64,000 nucleotides of DNA from an uncultured bacterium. GTDB lineage: Bacteria > Acidobacteriota > HRBIN11 > JAKEFK01. The position numbers and the translations under genes are program-made. Every line of letters starts with the position of its first letter. Position 1 is the first letter of the stretch. Location of the stretch: assembly GCA_963777505.1 (NCBI GenBank), contig CAVZQN010000003.1, positions 288,001 to 352,000 of the forward strand. Direction: 5' to 3'. Of the stretch, positions 9,017-18,459 are shown piece by piece. The notes beneath the pieces are model-generated. The model saw only the letters and a list, made by a program, of their open reading frames with translations. It did no database searches and was not told where the DNA came from.

Positions 9017-11345
9017 CATTCAAGATGGAAACATGCCGGCGAGTTCAATGCATTGGGATGTCATTATTCATCACTGCCCCGGCGGAACACCCGATTGTCA
9101 TCCACATACGATTGAGAGCTTTAACGGTGTAAGTGAGGATGAATTCACAGCACCCGATCATGAATGGTATTCCTATCTTGAATTTAAGCTCACTGTTACT
9201 GATTCCGGTAATTTAACGGACCAAGAAAGTGTTTTCATTGATCCGCAGGTTGTAACCTTAAGCTACAATTCTGTGCCATCCGGTCTGTCGATTAATGTTG
9301 GCGATGTGGCTGAAAATGCGCCGTTCACACGACCAGCTATCATTGGGTCATTAAATACCATCACGGCTCCGCCTATTCAGACTCTTGGTACAGATCAATA
9401 TTTCTGGGTTTCCTGGTCCGATGGAGGCTCACAATCACACGAAGTGCTTGCCGGTGAAAATCCTGCAACTTACACTGCGAACTACTCTCTCTGTCTTTCA
9501 AGTGATGAAAGTTGCAATGGTATTGATGAAGATTGTAATGGAACAAAAGACGAAGACTATATTCCCAATGCAACAAGCTGCGGTATTGGAGCCTGCGCCA
9601 GTACAGGGTTGACATCGTGTGTTAACGGCATCGTTCAGGATGGTTGCGCGCCAGGCAACCCTGCGCCAAATGATATTACTTGCAATGGAATCGATGACAA
9701 TTGCAATGGGACGAATGATGAAAATTACATTTCGGTTGGAACGAGTTGCGGTGTCGGGGCCTGTGCAGATACAGGTGCTACATCGTGTGTGAACGGCAGC
9801 GTTCAGAACAGTTGCATACCAGGAAATCCTGCGCCAAACGATATTACCTGCAATGGAATCGATGACAACTGCAATGGGACCAATGATGAAAATTATCTTT
9901 CCGTTGGAACAAGTTGCGGCGTTGGGGCTTGTGCAGATACAGGTGCTACATCGTGTGTGAACGGCGATATTCAAGATAGTTGTACGCCTGGAAATCCTGC
10001 GCCAAACGATGCAAGTTGCAATGGAATTGATGACAACTGCAATGGAACCAATGATGAAAACTATCTTTCCGTTGGAACGAGTTGCGGCGTTGGGGCTTGT
10101 GCAGATACAGGTGCTACATCGTGTGTGAACGGCGATATTCAAAACAGTTGCACGCCAGGAAATCCTGCGCCTAGCGATGCAAGTTGCAATGGAATCGATG
10201 ACAACTGCAATGGAAGCAATGATGAAAACTACATTCCGGTTGGAACGAGTTGCGGTATCGGAGTCTGTGCAAACACAGGTGTTACAGCTTGCGTGAATGG
10301 TGGTGTTCTGGACAATTGCACGCCGGGCAACCCTGCGCCAAATGATACAACTTGCAATGGAATTGATGATGATTGCAATGGAACCAATGATGAAGATTAT
10401 CTTCCTGTTGTTACGAATTGTGGGATTGGTGCCTGCGCTGCATCAGGTTTAACAGCTTGTATAAATGGCGGAGTTCAAGATGGTTGTAGCCCCGGTGCGC
10501 CTGCTCCCAACGATTCTGTATGCAACAGCATTGACGATGATTGCGACGGACCAATAGACGAAGAAGTTCCACCTGTTACTGTTGCGCCATCAAGCCAAAC
10601 ATTCAGTGTATTTGGAGGAAGCGGAACAATCGAAGTAATAGTTCCACCAGGAGCCTGCAATTGGACCGCGATCAGTCAAGAAACCTGGATCACAATCGTT
10701 TCAGGCGGCAGCGGAAATTCAGATGGAACAATTCAATTTGATGTTGCACCCAATGCATCTGGCTCGCAGAGAAATGGAAACATAATCGTTAATTCTCAAA
10801 CTTTTGTTGTCACTCAGGATAGCAGTCAGACGCCCGTCATCTTTTTAGACGATTTCGAAGACAACGATGTTTCGAACTGGAATCAAATAAAACCGGCATG
10901 GACAGCTGTAAGTGGGAAACTCAATGGAAGCACAAACAAAATGGCATATCTCACATCGCCTGATTTTGGGAAATGCAGTGTCTGCGTTTTCGAAACGGAC
11001 ATCACGCTTGAGAATGCAGCCACACGTGCGTCACTTCTTGCCTGGCACCAGGATAAGAAGAATCTTGTTGAGTTAACACTCCTTGCCGATAAGAACAAAA
11101 TCGATCTTCGTCATAAAGTCGCAGGGAAAACGGTTCAAAGAAAGAAAATGAAGAAAACGCTTGAATTGAACCGAAGTTATCACCTGCGGGTTGTATATGA
11201 TGGAACAAAGGTTCGCGCTTACCTGGATCAAGCATTGATCCTGGAATTTAACGCATCTGTGATTCCAAACGGAAATGCGGGCTACCGAATAAAGACTGTA
11301 AATGGGCCAGCGTCTTCTAAGGCCGGCCAGCTTCTAATATATTAG
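8919..11345 (+). CDS. C-terminal part of the same protein: Ig-like domains, Cys-rich MopE-like repeats, BACON-like domain, C-terminal beta-sandwich
   Basis: Continues as ...ELPLSSFTWKVEDAIDFKGSANDIQDG; 6 x 56-aa CNGIDDNCNG repeats; CNWTAISQETWITI...GNSDGTIQFDVAPN (BACON-like). Confidence 0.8.
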   Translation: MVIHLLLHRFELPLSSFTWKVEDAIDFKGSANDIQDGNMPASSMHWDVIIHHCPGGTPDCHPHTIESFNGVSEDEFTAPDHEWYSYLEFKLTVTDSGNLTDQESVFIDPQVVTLSYNSVPSGLSINVGDVAENAPFTRPAIIGSLNTITAPPIQTLGTDQYFWVSWSDGGSQSHEVLAGENPATYTANYSLCLSSDESCNGIDEDCNGTKDEDYIPNATSCGIGACASTGLTSCVNGIVQDGCAPGNPAPNDITCNGIDDNCNGTNDENYISVGTSCGVGACADTGATSCVNGSVQNSCIPGNPAPNDITCNGIDDNCNGTNDENYLSVGTSCGVGACADTGATSCVNGDIQDSCTPGNPAPNDASCNGIDDNCNGTNDENYLSVGTSCGVGACADTGATSCVNGDIQNSCTPGNPAPSDASCNGIDDNCNGSNDENYIPVGTSCGIGVCANTGVTACVNGGVLDNCTPGNPAPNDTTCNGIDDDCNGTNDEDYLPVVTNCGIGACAASGLTACINGGVQDGCSPGAPAPNDSVCNSIDDDCDGPIDEEVPPVTVAPSSQTFSVFGGSGTIEVIVPPGACNWTAISQETWITIVSGGSGNSDGTIQFDVAPNASGSQRNGNIIVNSQTFVVTQDSSQTPVIFLDDFEDNDVSNWNQIKPAWTAVSGKLNGSTNKMAYLTSPDFGKCSVCVFETDITLENAATRASLLAWHQDKKNLVELTLLADKNKIDLRHKVAGKTVQRKKMKKTLELNRSYHLRVVYDGTKVRAYLDQALILEFNASVIPNGNAGYRIKTVNGPASSKAGQLLIY
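9513..10565 (+). repeat. Intragenic tandem repeat, 168-bp unit, 6 full copies plus a partial 7th
   Basis: Units start with TGC at 9513, 9681, 9849, 10017, 10185, 10353 and 10521; each full unit encodes 6 Cys. Confidence 0.95.
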
Positions 11346-11368
11346 TAATTTACTTTTAGCAAGGACCT

Positions 11369-12502
11369 ATGGAACCCGTAAGGATCTTATTTACGATTCC
11401 GAATTTCATTACTGCTGGTTCCGGTAGAGCTATGTTGAATATTGTAGAGAATCTCGACCGGAAGCTTTTTGCACCAGCAATTTGTGTTTTAAAAAAAGGC
11501 GGGACTCTCGATGGCGAAGTAGAAAAGCTTGGAATCCCTTTTCTGGAAGCTCCTTTCACGGTGCCTGCGAACCCGAAATGGAGTTTCTTGAGTCGGGCTG
11601 CAAAAGTTTCACGCTTTTTTCGTCCGTATCGATTTCAGTTGTGGCATTCTTTTCATTACTTAGATGATTATTCTGAGCCTGTCATTGCTTATTTTGCCGG
11701 CGCTTCATCCTGGATTTATACGAAAAAGAATATGAGCTGGTATCACAAATCCTGGTATCTCAGAACATTTCTTGCATCAAGAATCGCTGCGCAAAACCAT
11801 GATATGGTGAAGAGTTTTTTTAACCACAGATTGTTTCGGAACAAGGTCACAGTTATTCCAACCAGCGTAGATATTGATGTTTATCATCCTGATACGCCGT
11901 CGAGATTGAATCTGCGATCTTCTCTCAACATTCCCGCGAATACAGTCGTCGTAGGATGTGTGGCCCAGCTTGTGCCTGTTAAGGGTCATCCTGTGTTATT
12001 GAAAGCCATTTCTACGATACCTGATGTGCATTTGTGGATTGCGGGTGCACCTTTAGATCAGGAGTATGTCAAGACATTGCAGAATCTGGTTCAGGAACTT
12101 CAAATCGCAGACAGGGTACACTTTTTGGGCCGTGTGCAGGACATTCCTGCGTTGCTTTCTGAAATGGATATTTTTGTTTTGCCTTCCGGACTCAAAGGTG
12201 TGGGTGAAGGTTGTCCTGTGGCGTTATTAGAAGCAATGTCAGCAGCGAAAGCGTGTGTTGCAACGGATGCTTCTGGGAGTCGCGATATTCTGAAGGGTTG
12301 TTACGGCGGCTGGATCGTCCCGCCAGAAAATTCGGAAGCGCTCGCAAGCGCATTGGGTAAACTAGTGGCTTCAAAAGAACTTCGCGAAAAAATTGGCCTT
12401 GAAGCCAGGAAAAAAATTTGCGAAGAGTACAAAATTGAGCGGGAAGTCAATCAGTATGTTTCGCTCTATGATTCGGTCATTGATGGGAGACGACCCGTAT
12501 GA
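11369..12502 (+). CDS. Glycosyltransferase family 4
   Basis: VAQLVPVKGH, DIFVLPS, EGCPVALLEAM (EX7E). Confidence 0.9.
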   Translation: MEPVRILFTIPNFITAGSGRAMLNIVENLDRKLFAPAICVLKKGGTLDGEVEKLGIPFLEAPFTVPANPKWSFLSRAAKVSRFFRPYRFQLWHSFHYLDDYSEPVIAYFAGASSWIYTKKNMSWYHKSWYLRTFLASRIAAQNHDMVKSFFNHRLFRNKVTVIPTSVDIDVYHPDTPSRLNLRSSLNIPANTVVVGCVAQLVPVKGHPVLLKAISTIPDVHLWIAGAPLDQEYVKTLQNLVQELQIADRVHFLGRVQDIPALLSEMDIFVLPSGLKGVGEGCPVALLEAMSAAKACVATDASGSRDILKGCYGGWIVPPENSEALASALGKLVASKELREKIGLEARKKICEEYKIEREVNQYVSLYDSVIDGRRPV

Positions 12503-14307
12503 TCGGAGGTGTTACTGAAGCAGTGGAACAACGGAATGCAGATTGCAAAGACAGCAAATTTGTTGGTGACTTGCTTTTGATTTTCGGACCTGAAGGGGGC
12601 GTTCTTCACGGTCGCAATCGAACAAGTCCATCATCGATTCTTGCTCAAACGAATGAATGGTCGCTGTATTCATTCCCCACAACGCCTCACTGGAAAGGCT
12701 ATCCGTTGATGGATTTTTCATTTGGAAACTGGCAGGTGTGGCTGCTAGGTGAAATTTATGGAGTATCGGATACAGAAGAAGCACAGCGTTTAGTTAAGGA
12801 TTCGATCGAAGGGGTACGGAATTTTTCTAAACTCAACGGACACTATTTAGTCCTTGCATGGAATTCTGAAAAACTGCAATGGAATCTTTGGACAAATCGT
12901 CTAGGGACCTTGCATGCTTACAGGGCTAAAAATGCGATTGGTACTTGTTTCAATACAATCGCCAGAGTTGCAGGGAATTCCGATTTAGACATCGAAGGGA
13001 TTTTGGGCTTTTTTGCTTTTGGTTTTTTTCCACAAAATCGAACATATTGCAAAGCCATTCAAATCATTCGTCCGTCAACTCATGAAGTCTTTGATGCTTC
13101 CGGAAGAAAAATTAGTGAAAAGCGTTACTGGTCCTGGTTATTTAATCCGGACACTGCACGAAATTATGAAAACACAGTTGATGAATTCGGAAGCGTACTT
13201 CATGAGGTAATGGCTGATTTGTGCCGCGATGGAAAAATCATGATCCCGATTTCCGGCGGACTTGATTCACGCAGCACAGTTGCAGCGATTTATGAAAACA
13301 ACAACAGCACCATAGAAGATCTTCGAGCGTTCTCCTATGGTTATACGCCTCACTCTGTTGAACTAAGAATTGCACGCAGAATCGCAATGGCGAGGAATAT
13401 TCCATTTGATAGTGTTTTGATTTCGAAATACTTGTTCGAATCACTTTCTGACATCCTGGACGCGGTTGAAGGATTCCAGGATGTAACGCAGTCCCGCCAG
13501 GCATCCGTTGCTCAGCATTTGCGCGGGCACGGCGATTATGTCATTGCTGCGCATTGGGGCGACGTCTGGTTGGATGATACTGATGCAGGAGTAATGCGAA
13601 ATGATAATGAAATTCAATCAGCTGCAATGAAAAAATTCCGAAAACCCAGCCGTTGGCTTCTTGAAAATTTCAACTTTTCTCTTCCGGGGACAAAATCTAT
13701 AGATGATGTGCTTTTACAAATGATAGATGAAGAGTTATCCGGTTTGAATGGGATAGACGATTCAGAGTTCAAGCTTAAAGCTCTTAAAACCGAGCAATGG
13801 TCCTTCCGGTGGACGACCTCAAGTTTAAGAGCCTATCAACTGGGAGCTTTTCCCCGCTTGCCTTTTTATGACACAAGAATCATTGATTTCTTTTCGACAG
13901 TTCCTTCTGATTTTGTCCGTGAAAGAAGACTACAGGTAGACTATTTGAAACGATTTGCACCTGATCTGGCTCGAATTTCGTGGCAGGTTTTCGATGCAAA
14001 TCTTTATTCCTATCAGCACTATCAGACCTGGCTACTGCCAAAGCGTGTATTCAAGAAGTTGCGAAGGGTGTTCTCCTCGCGTCCGGAAATACACAGGAAC
14101 TGGGAAGCACAGTTTCTGCATGACGAAGGTCGTACAGCATTAAGGCATTATCTGAGTAGCGGACCTGGTTCAAACATTGAAGAATTTTTTCCAACCGCAA
14201 AAATTCAGAGCCTACTAGATGAACTATTTGTTTCCCCGTCTCCCGAAAATGGTTATGTAGTTGCGATGCTATTAACATTCGCTGCATGGTTGGGGAAGGA
14301 TGCCTGA
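12499..14307 (+). CDS. Asparagine synthase-related protein lacking the N-terminal glutaminase Cys
   Basis: IPISGGLDSR PP-loop and RLPFYDTRIIDF; no MCG start. Confidence 0.75.
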   Translation: MIGGVTEAVEQRNADCKDSKFVGDLLLIFGPEGGVLHGRNRTSPSSILAQTNEWSLYSFPTTPHWKGYPLMDFSFGNWQVWLLGEIYGVSDTEEAQRLVKDSIEGVRNFSKLNGHYLVLAWNSEKLQWNLWTNRLGTLHAYRAKNAIGTCFNTIARVAGNSDLDIEGILGFFAFGFFPQNRTYCKAIQIIRPSTHEVFDASGRKISEKRYWSWLFNPDTARNYENTVDEFGSVLHEVMADLCRDGKIMIPISGGLDSRSTVAAIYENNNSTIEDLRAFSYGYTPHSVELRIARRIAMARNIPFDSVLISKYLFESLSDILDAVEGFQDVTQSRQASVAQHLRGHGDYVIAAHWGDVWLDDTDAGVMRNDNEIQSAAMKKFRKPSRWLLENFNFSLPGTKSIDDVLLQMIDEELSGLNGIDDSEFKLKALKTEQWSFRWTTSSLRAYQLGAFPRLPFYDTRIIDFFSTVPSDFVRERRLQVDYLKRFAPDLARISWQVFDANLYSYQHYQTWLLPKRVFKKLRRVFSSRPEIHRNWEAQFLHDEGRTALRHYLSSGPGSNIEEFFPTAKIQSLLDELFVSPSPENGYVVAMLLTFAAWLGKDA

Positions 14308-15571
14308 AGCCATCGGAGAATTTTCATCAACGGATATCAAGAGCATTCCTGCTGTGAAAACGCACGTAAACAAACCTTCAATGATCGTAATTGGTGCAAA
14401 TTGGCCTATGGAAACGTTCCTATATCGCTTGTTATCAGGACTCGCTGATGCAGGTTTTTCTATAACCATAACAACTGCTCAACGGCCTGATTCAAGTTCC
14501 TTTTCTAAATTTAATTGGTTCAAGTTGCCCGGGACTGAGAAAAATTCAGTAACAAGATTGCTTCGGTTTTTTATTAATTTATTACGCTCAAAAATACTCT
14601 TCAGAAAAGATTACAACCGGTTGAAATCATCGTTTGAAGGTAATTCGTGGCGTGAAACTGCATATGAACTGCATCGATTTCTGCCGTTCGCTGGAAGGCG
14701 GTGGGATCTTGTTTATTTCCCCTGGAATGCGACCGCTATTTCGTTTCTTCCGCTTTTTAATCTTGGTATCCCCGTAATTGTGAGTTGTAGAGGCTCACAT
14801 GTCACGGTGACACCTCATAATCCCAAGAAGCCATACATGCGAACTGAATTAAAAAGAACATTTCAACTTGCATCAGCCGTCCACTGTGTATCGGATGTGA
14901 CTTTAAATGAAGCAAAGAAATATGGCCTGGATGCGGAAAAATCCCGGGTCATTCGTCCTGCAATTGATCCTGACTTTTTTACCGCTATAGACGACAAAAA
15001 TTCTGATACCCTATTGCTAAGGATTATCTCTATCGGCAGCTTGATTTGGAGGAAGGGATACACAGACGCGTTGATTGCAATCCGTAGACTTGTGGACAAA
15101 GGTATATCGATACAATATGAAATCATCGGTGACGGAGAAGATTACCAAGCGATTTTATTTTCTATACAGGATATGGAACTGCAAGATTATGTAACGCTTC
15201 ACGGCAAGTTGTCGGCCGAAGAAATTAGAGACAGATTGCAAAGATCGGATGTATTTCTTTTGACAAGTTTATCCGAAGGAATTTCAAACGCTGCACTTGA
15301 AGCTATGTCTTGTGGTTTGCCAGTTGTAACAACTGAAAGTGGCGGGATGCGAGAAGCCGTTACTGATGGGGTAGAAGGTTTGGTCGTACCTATAATGGAT
15401 CCGGATGCCGTTGCAAATGCATTGGAAACATTAAGAAGCGATCCGGAGCTTCGAAAGAAAATGGGAGATGCTGCCAGGTTAAGAATATTAAGAGACTTTA
15501 CTTTGGCGCAGCAAATAAATCAATTTCAAGAATTATGCCTTGAAGTTGTTAACAGGAACAAAGATCAGTAA
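14300..15571 (+). CDS. Glycosyltransferase family 4 (WcaL-like)
   Basis: SIGSLIWRKGY, SEGISNAALEAMSCGLPVV. Confidence 0.9.
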   Translation: MPEAIGEFSSTDIKSIPAVKTHVNKPSMIVIGANWPMETFLYRLLSGLADAGFSITITTAQRPDSSSFSKFNWFKLPGTEKNSVTRLLRFFINLLRSKILFRKDYNRLKSSFEGNSWRETAYELHRFLPFAGRRWDLVYFPWNATAISFLPLFNLGIPVIVSCRGSHVTVTPHNPKKPYMRTELKRTFQLASAVHCVSDVTLNEAKKYGLDAEKSRVIRPAIDPDFFTAIDDKNSDTLLLRIISIGSLIWRKGYTDALIAIRRLVDKGISIQYEIIGDGEDYQAILFSIQDMELQDYVTLHGKLSAEEIRDRLQRSDVFLLTSLSEGISNAALEAMSCGLPVVTTESGGMREAVTDGVEGLVVPIMDPDAVANALETLRSDPELRKKMGDAARLRILRDFTLAQQINQFQELCLEVVNRNKDQ

Positions 15572-15572
15572 C

Positions 15573-16619
15573 ATGCGAATCCTGGTAACGGGACATCAAG
15601 GTTATATCGGTTCGGTGATGGTCCCTATGCTTTTAGCAGAAGGCCATTCTGTCGTTGGTTTTGATACCGACTTTTTTAATGAGTGTACATTTGGCGACCC
15701 ACCAAAAGTAATTCCCGGTCTGAAAAAAGATATACGAGATGTCACGCGCGTTGATCTTGAAGGGTATGATGCCGTAATTCATCTTGCTGCTTTATCAAAT
15801 GATCCACTGGGAAATCTTAATCCTGAACTTACTTTCGATATTAATTGTCATGCCACGCTTCGGTTGGCCCAGGCCGCAAAAGATGCAGGCGTGCCGCGGT
15901 TTTTATTTTCATCATCCTGCAGCAACTATGGCGCGGCAGGAGATTCTCTACTAACTGAAGAAGCAGCTTTTAATCCTGTTACTCCTTACGGTGAATCGAA
16001 AGTGCTTGCAGAAAAGGGGCTACGGTTACTTGCTGATGACAGCTTCACTCCTATCTATTTGAGAAGTACCACCGCCTATGGCATTTCGCCACGCCATCGC
16101 TTCGATGTTGTTCTGAACAATTTAGTAGCATGGGCTTTAACCACAGGATTGATTTATCTGAAAAGTGATGGGTCACCATGGAGACCGATCGTTCATATAG
16201 AAGATATCAGTCGCGCATTTATTGCCATTCTTCATGCTCCACGGGAAGTAGTCCATGATCAAGCATTTAATGTAGGAATCACCTCTGAAAATTATCAGAT
16301 CCGTCAGCTTGCCGAAATTGTGAATGAAATAATACCGGAATGCCGGATCGAAGTTGCGCGAGATGCTGGCCCTGACTTACGTTCTTATCGAGTTGATTTC
16401 AGCAAAATCGCTCGCTTAATTCCATCGTTTCAGCCGCGTTGGAATGCCCGTCTTGGGACACAGCAACTTTGTGAAAGCTATCGCAAATCGGGACTTCGAC
16501 TCGAAGATTTTGAAGGTCCTCGGTACCGTAGAATTGATCGCATTCAAAATCTACTTGCAAGTCATCAACTCGATTCGGCTCTTCGATGGCGGCAGGATCA
16601 TTCAAGTATCGAATCATGA
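15573..16619 (+). CDS. NAD-dependent epimerase/dehydratase (extended SDR)
   Basis: Start moved to ATG 15573: MRILVTGHQGYIG; SSSCSNYG; YGESK (YxxxK). Confidence 0.9.
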   Translation: MRILVTGHQGYIGSVMVPMLLAEGHSVVGFDTDFFNECTFGDPPKVIPGLKKDIRDVTRVDLEGYDAVIHLAALSNDPLGNLNPELTFDINCHATLRLAQAAKDAGVPRFLFSSSCSNYGAAGDSLLTEEAAFNPVTPYGESKVLAEKGLRLLADDSFTPIYLRSTTAYGISPRHRFDVVLNNLVAWALTTGLIYLKSDGSPWRPIVHIEDISRAFIAILHAPREVVHDQAFNVGITSENYQIRQLAEIVNEIIPECRIEVARDAGPDLRSYRVDFSKIARLIPSFQPRWNARLGTQQLCESYRKSGLRLEDFEGPRYRRIDRIQNLLASHQLDSALRWRQDHSSIES

Positions 16620-17146
16620 TTTTTAGTGAAACCGAACTGAAAGGCGCATTCTTAATCGAACCTGAAAGAAAAGAGGATTATCGTGGCTTTTTTGCGCGGA
16701 CATGGTGCCAGCAAGAATTTGAAAGCCATGGCCTGAACTCGCATCTTGTTCAGTGCAGTCTCTCTTTTAATAAGAAAAAAGGAACACTTCGCGGAATGCA
16801 CTATCAAACACGCCCTTATGAAGAAGCCAAATTGGTTCGATGCACAAAAGGCGAACTTTTTGATGTGATTATCGATCTTCGTCCCAATTCTTCTACTTTT
16901 AAAAGCTATTTTTCAGTTGTTTTAAACGATGAGAATCGGATGATGTTATATATACCTGAAGGATTCGCTCATGGATTTCAAACATTAGCGGATAATACAG
17001 AAATTTTTTATCAAATGAGCCAGTTCTATTCACCGGACCACTCTGCCGGAATACGGTGGAATGATCCTGCGTTTGGAATCAAGTGGCCAAACGATACTCG
17101 TATTATTTTAGAACGGGATATGAACTATCCCGATTTTGCGTCATGA
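16616..17146 (+). CDS. rfbC: dTDP-4-dehydrorhamnose 3,5-epimerase family (RfbC/RmlC)
   Basis: ATG 16616 overlaps the previous stop; DYRGFFAR, GTLRGMHYQ, GFAHGFQTL, IRWNDPAFGIKWP. Confidence 0.9.
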   Translation: MIFSETELKGAFLIEPERKEDYRGFFARTWCQQEFESHGLNSHLVQCSLSFNKKKGTLRGMHYQTRPYEEAKLVRCTKGELFDVIIDLRPNSSTFKSYFSVVLNDENRMMLYIPEGFAHGFQTLADNTEIFYQMSQFYSPDHSAGIRWNDPAFGIKWPNDTRIILERDMNYPDFAS

Positions 17147-18459
17147 CGGTTTCAGATTTCGCGAAAGCTGGACAAGAAATGCACCGACTGATGGCAGAGC
17201 TTTATCCAATTTGCCGCAGCATTTCGGGGGAAGGATTTCGTCAAACTCTACGGATCCTGCAAAATATGATTCCGTTAAATATCACCGAAATTCCAACGGG
17301 AACAGCAGTGTTTGATTGGACTGTGCCGCCGGAGTGGAACATTCGCGATGCATACATTAAAGATTCCAGCGGACGAAAAATCGTCGATTTTCAAAGCTCC
17401 AATCTTCACGTGATGTCGTACAGCGTTCCAACAAATCGTAAGATGACTCTTCAAGAACTGAAACCGCATTTATATAGCCTTCCAGATCATCCTGACTGGA
17501 TTCCTTACAGGACATCTTATTTCAAGGAGAATTGGGGATTTTGCATTACACATCGTCAGCTGCTGGACCTATCAGACGGCGAGTATGAAGTTGTAATCGA
17601 TTCTACTTTGACCAATGGGAGTCTTACGTATGGTGAGTGTCTTCTTCCGGGTCGAAGTAAGAAGGAAGTTCTTATCTCATCTCACGCATGTCACCCATCG
17701 CTTTGCAATGATAACTTGTCGGGGGTCGTGTTGGCCGCTCAGCTTGCTCAAACTCTGCGTGGTCATTCCCTGGAATATTCATATCGCTTTTTATTCGCTC
17801 CGGGAACAATCGGATCGATCACATGGCTTAGCCAAAATCAGAATCAAGCAAAACAAATTGTAAATGGACTGGTACTTGCGTGTGTTGGAGATTCTGGCAA
17901 TACAACATACAAAAAAAGCCGCAGGGGAAATGCGGAAATTGACAGAGCTGCCGAACATTTACTAAAACATTCGAAGAGCACTTATGATATTTTGGAATTC
18001 AGCCCATATGGTTATGATGAAAGACAGTTTTGCTCCCCTGGTTTTAATTTACCTGTGGGGTGTTTTATGAGAACTCCTTTCGCAAAATTTCCGGAATATC
18101 ATACGAGTGCTGACAATCTGGACTTCGTACGTCCTGAATTTCTCGCTGATTCGTTTGCAAAGTCTTATGGAATTATCAACATCCTGGAAAACAACAAAAC
18201 GTATATGAATTTAAGCCCTCTCTGCGAGCCGCAACTCGGCAAAAGAGGACTCTATCGCACTGTAGGCGGTGACTCTTCTGAGGATGTAAATGAGTTAGCA
18301 CTTTTGTGGGTGTTGAATCAGTCGGATGGCAGCCAATCACTTTTGGAAATCGCTGAAAAATCAGAAATACCATTTCATGATGTTGCGAAAGCCGCCAGGA
18401 GTTTGGTCAATCATTCCTTATTGAAAGATGTAGAGGCCGGACAACAGGAGCTTATATGA
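17143..18459 (+). CDS. DUF4910/DUF2172 aminopeptidase-like protein with C-terminal HTH
   Basis: LYPICRSISGEG, FDWTVPPEWNIRDAYI, HACHPSLCNDNLSG, GYDERQFCSPGFNLP, EYHTSADNL, CEPQLGKRGLY. Confidence 0.88.
   Translation: MTVSDFAKAGQEMHRLMAELYPICRSISGEGFRQTLRILQNMIPLNITEIPTGTAVFDWTVPPEWNIRDAYIKDSSGRKIVDFQSSNLHVMSYSVPTNRKMTLQELKPHLYSLPDHPDWIPYRTSYFKENWGFCITHRQLLDLSDGEYEVVIDSTLTNGSLTYGECLLPGRSKKEVLISSHACHPSLCNDNLSGVVLAAQLAQTLRGHSLEYSYRFLFAPGTIGSITWLSQNQNQAKQIVNGLVLACVGDSGNTTYKKSRRGNAEIDRAAEHLLKHSKSTYDILEFSPYGYDERQFCSPGFNLPVGCFMRTPFAKFPEYHTSADNLDFVRPEFLADSFAKSYGIINILENNKTYMNLSPLCEPQLGKRGLYRTVGGDSSEDVNELALLWVLNQSDGSQSLLEIAEKSEIPFHDVAKAARSLVNHSLLKDVEAGQQELI

Noticed and set aside
9498-10142. 214-aa repetitive minus-strand ORF
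   Set aside because: Antisense reading of the 168-bp repeat.
9513-10565. Possible CRISPR array
   Set aside because: Units are contiguous, in-frame coding repeats with no unique spacers and no cas genes.
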